Origin: a virus
Lineage: Duplodnaviria > Caudoviricetes
Length of the DNA stretch: 64,000 nucleotides
IMG/VR virus record: IMGVR_UViG_2799112954_000004
Location: 1-64,000 of that record
Direction: 5' to 3' (one strand)
The position numbers and the translations under genes were made by a program. Below the pieces are notes generated by a model. That model saw only the letters and a program-made list of their open reading frames with translations, had not been told where the DNA came from and searched no databases. The stretch's first letter is position 1. Each line of letters starts with the position of its first letter. Of this stretch, positions 61,938 through 64,000 are shown piece after piece.

Positions 61938-62708
61938 TTACTTATCGGAATCGATGTCATAGACTCGGTCCAGTGCCAGCTCTCCCTCGCCTCTTTCAAG
62001 ATAGAACTTCTTGATGGCGTCAGAGATGCGCATTACCGTAGCCTTGCGGTAGATCTCACCGACTGGCAGGCCTTTCTTTGAGAGGTCGAAGTTACCGGGC
62101 TTTCGCTGAGAGACGATGTTGTGCTCCTTAGCTGCCTTGCTTGCGTCATCCCACTTATCGTAGCCTTCACAAGCTGAGCTGAGCCACATTGAGATTCTGC
62201 GGATAGCTTGGTCGTCGCTGACCTGCTCGAAGTATTCCTCGATGATGCAGAACTTAGCGAACACCTGCTGCGACTTGTCAGCGATGGCTTCCTCAATCTG
62301 CTGGCGGTTGAACTCGGTGCCGATGGTGAAGTGGAACTGAGGCTTCTCGGCCGGCTCTGACTTCTCATCCTCTTCTACTGGCTCTGCTTCTGTCTCGACT
62401 TCTATTTCGGTCTCGACTTCAGCATTTGACTCGGGCTTTACTTCGGTCTCGCTCTCAGCTTCGTTATCAGCCTCTACCTGGGAATTGCTCTCTTCCTCGG
62501 CCGGAACGATGGCTTCAGCAACTGGTTCTGCGGCTGCTTCCATCTCCTCGCGCTCAGACTTCTTGCGGTAGTAGGCAATCACAGCGTTAAGACTGCGGCG
62601 ACCGTGGACGCGCTCATACTCAGTGAATAAACTCTCGTTGGCTTTCAGAGCCTCATTGAATGACAAACTCTCGAAATTGCTCTTGATCTGTGACTTCAGA
62701 CTTTCCAT
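61938..62708 (-). CDS. Acidic hypothetical early-type protein
   Basis: Glu-rich linker EAETEVKPE...; follows class I promoter copy 7. Confidence 0.7.
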   Translation of the reverse strand: MESLKSQIKSNFESLSFNEALKANESLFTEYERVHGRRSLNAVIAYYRKKSEREEMEAAAEPVAEAIVPAEEESNSQVEADNEAESETEVKPESNAEVETEIEVETEAEPVEEDEKSEPAEKPQFHFTIGTEFNRQQIEEAIADKSQQVFAKFCIIEEYFEQVSDDQAIRRISMWLSSACEGYDKWDDASKAAKEHNIVSQRKPGNFDLSKKGLPVGEIYRKATVMRISDAIKKFYLERGEGELALDRVYDIDSDK

Positions 62709-62732
62709 TGCTTTTGAATTTTAGTGAATAAT

Positions 62733-62823
62733 ATGTTTCTTATTTACAAGTGTAAAGGTAGTGATTTTCACTGGGTTACGCAAACTTTTGAACTTGAAAT
62801 TTAACACCTAAACATTGTTTAAC
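62733..62823 (-). promoter_or_regulatory. Class I repeated promoter/leader, copy 7
   Basis: TTTGCGTAACCCAGTGAAAATCAC-TACCTTTA-CACTTGTAAATAAGAAACAT. Confidence 0.8.
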
Positions 62824-62835
62824 TTTGAAACATTC

Positions 62836-63240
62836 TCACCCGACTAATCGGTAGCCAAACGCACCAATAGCTTTCAGCGCCAGCAATACAGACAACAGCA
62901 GGATGCTCGTTATAGTGTTGAGCTTCACTTTGCGTACTGACGTTGCTGGTATGACAAAAGTGACTATCATGAGCAATGCCACGATGTACCAGTAGCTTGT
63001 GCAGAGTCCTACAAACCACCATAGGCAATAAACGATGTCGATGCTCGCTAACGTTTTCATCCATGGAGAGTAGTAGGAGATATTCTTCATACCTACCTCT
63101 CGGAGAATTTTCTGACCTTTGACAAGTCTTTCAGCATTGAGGTACAGGTATTCCTCGTAGCCTATGAAAGCAAACGCAAAAACGTAGAACAGCACCTCGG
63201 CTATATCTTTAACGACATAAATCATAAACAGTCCTCCCAT
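62836..63240 (-). CDS. Multi-TM membrane protein
   Basis: Three to four hydrophobic segments. Confidence 0.65.
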   Translation of the reverse strand: MGGLFMIYVVKDIAEVLFYVFAFAFIGYEEYLYLNAERLVKGQKILREVGMKNISYYSPWMKTLASIDIVYCLWWFVGLCTSYWYIVALLMIVTFVIPATSVRKVKLNTITSILLLSVLLALKAIGAFGYRLVG

Positions 63241-63244
63241 CGCC

Positions 63245-63556
63245 TTATATTTTCGCTTTGTGGGTGAGAGCGAAGTTCTGACGGAGCTTATTAAGCACTA
63301 TTCCTGCTTCCTCAACGGTCACAACGCCTAAATCAACGTTCTTGTCGATGTCGTACACTTTGGTCCCATCAATGGCTATGATGGGATGGACGCTGCCGTT
63401 AATGTCAACCTCGTCCGTGAAATACACATGGTTCTTTGCGTTGGCCAGTCGGTCTGCATAGTCCTTTTTACGCTTTTTGTCTGCTCTCGCCAAGCGAGAA
63501 GCACCGTCTGTGGCGAAATTCGATTCAAACCACTTCTTCAAACTTTCGATTAACAT
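63245..63556 (-). CDS. Hypothetical protein
   Basis: ORF track, operon packing. Confidence 0.6.
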   Translation of the reverse strand: MLIESLKKWFESNFATDGASRLARADKKRKKDYADRLANAKNHVYFTDEVDINGSVHPIIAIDGTKVYDIDKNVDLGVVTVEEAGIVLNKLRQNFALTHKAKI

Positions 63557-63557
63557 A

Positions 63558-63743
63558 TCACTTAAATCTTGAAATTATACTTTTCCGTTTCATGTTGGCA
63601 TAATACTCTCGGTCGGCTGTGGTTTGCTTGCCAGCCCATTGGATAGCACCTGCCATCGCATTCTTAGCTATTGTCTTTTCCTCGATGGTGGAGAATATCT
63701 CATCATCATCGACAATCTCTAATGCCAGTCTTGCTAAGTTCAT
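63558..63743 (-). CDS. Hypothetical protein
   Basis: ORF track, operon packing. Confidence 0.55.
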   Translation of the reverse strand: MNLARLALEIVDDDEIFSTIEEKTIAKNAMAGAIQWAGKQTTADREYYANMKRKSIISRFK

Positions 63744-63747
63744 ACGC

Positions 63748-64000
63748 TTACTCTTTTTCTTTCGTTGTCAATCGGTAGGAGCCATCCTGGAAGATGACCT
63801 TATCGAACATTTCATTGAGCCTATCCGCTATGCGGTCCCCATAATGGGATCTCATCTCCTGCGGTTTCAGATTGGTCGTCACGATGGTGTATAGCTGTTG
63901 GTCGTACCGATACTCCAGCAAATCGACTATCGGACTGAGGACGTTGCCGTAATCAAGCGTCTCGGCCGGCTCTCTGCCTATATCCTCGATGGCGAGCATT
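63748..64000 (-). CDS. DnaC/IstB-like ATPase, C-terminal part (continues beyond window)
   Basis: LAIEDIGREP, LLEYRY...TIVTTNL..., YGDRIADRLNEM. Confidence 0.85.
   Translation of the reverse strand, partial: MLAIEDIGREPAETLDYGNVLSPIVDLLEYRYDQQLYTIVTTNLKPQEMRSHYGDRIADRLNEMFDKVIFQDGSYRLTTKEKE

Noticed and set aside
34143-62784. Repeated ~52-bp motif as CRISPR array or IS ends
   Set aside because: Copies are kilobases apart, always upstream of a start codon, and match Bacteroidetes -33/-7 geometry; no spacer array, cas or transposase
1-64000. Integrase, att sites, host flanks, invertase/shufflon
   Set aside because: None recognisable in the window, so lifestyle and genome ends cannot be determined

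Overview
A 64-kb segment of a Bacteroidota (Prevotella/Segatella-like) long-tailed dsDNA phage or prophage. Essentially every credible gene is on the minus strand; no host genes, integrase or att site are visible. Left to right: lysis cassette; a complete diversity-generating retroelement (RT 3648-5015, TR 5284-5393, VR 5584-5693, 11 mismatches all at TR adenines) acting on the C-terminus of a 2701-aa tail/receptor-binding protein; tail, head-tail, capsid, MuF (GNAT-fused) and portal genes; then early-type cassettes interleaved with the terminase/DNA-modification operon, a metK-luxS operon, a PRTRC ubiquitin-like cassette, nucleotide-metabolism genes and the end of a DnaC-like ATPase. The most unusual signals are non-coding or missed by the ORF track: (1) a ~100-nt candidate sRNA (42382-42484) antisense to a leader and start-codon context shared by 7-8 early-type genes, with the anti-AUG seed exposed in a hairpin loop; (2) degenerate tRNA-like elements (27650, 46827, 49074, plus a mini element at 40438), three ending 21-26 nt before a start codon; (3) an RlmN/Cfr-like radical SAM enzyme whose AACGQL catalytic-Cys tail is on a separate 40-aa ORF; (4) phage metK + luxS beside a methyltransferase-like/ParB module; (5) an orphan DUF1566 DGR-type target with no cognate TR in the window. 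All family assignments come from motif recognition by eye, not database searches.
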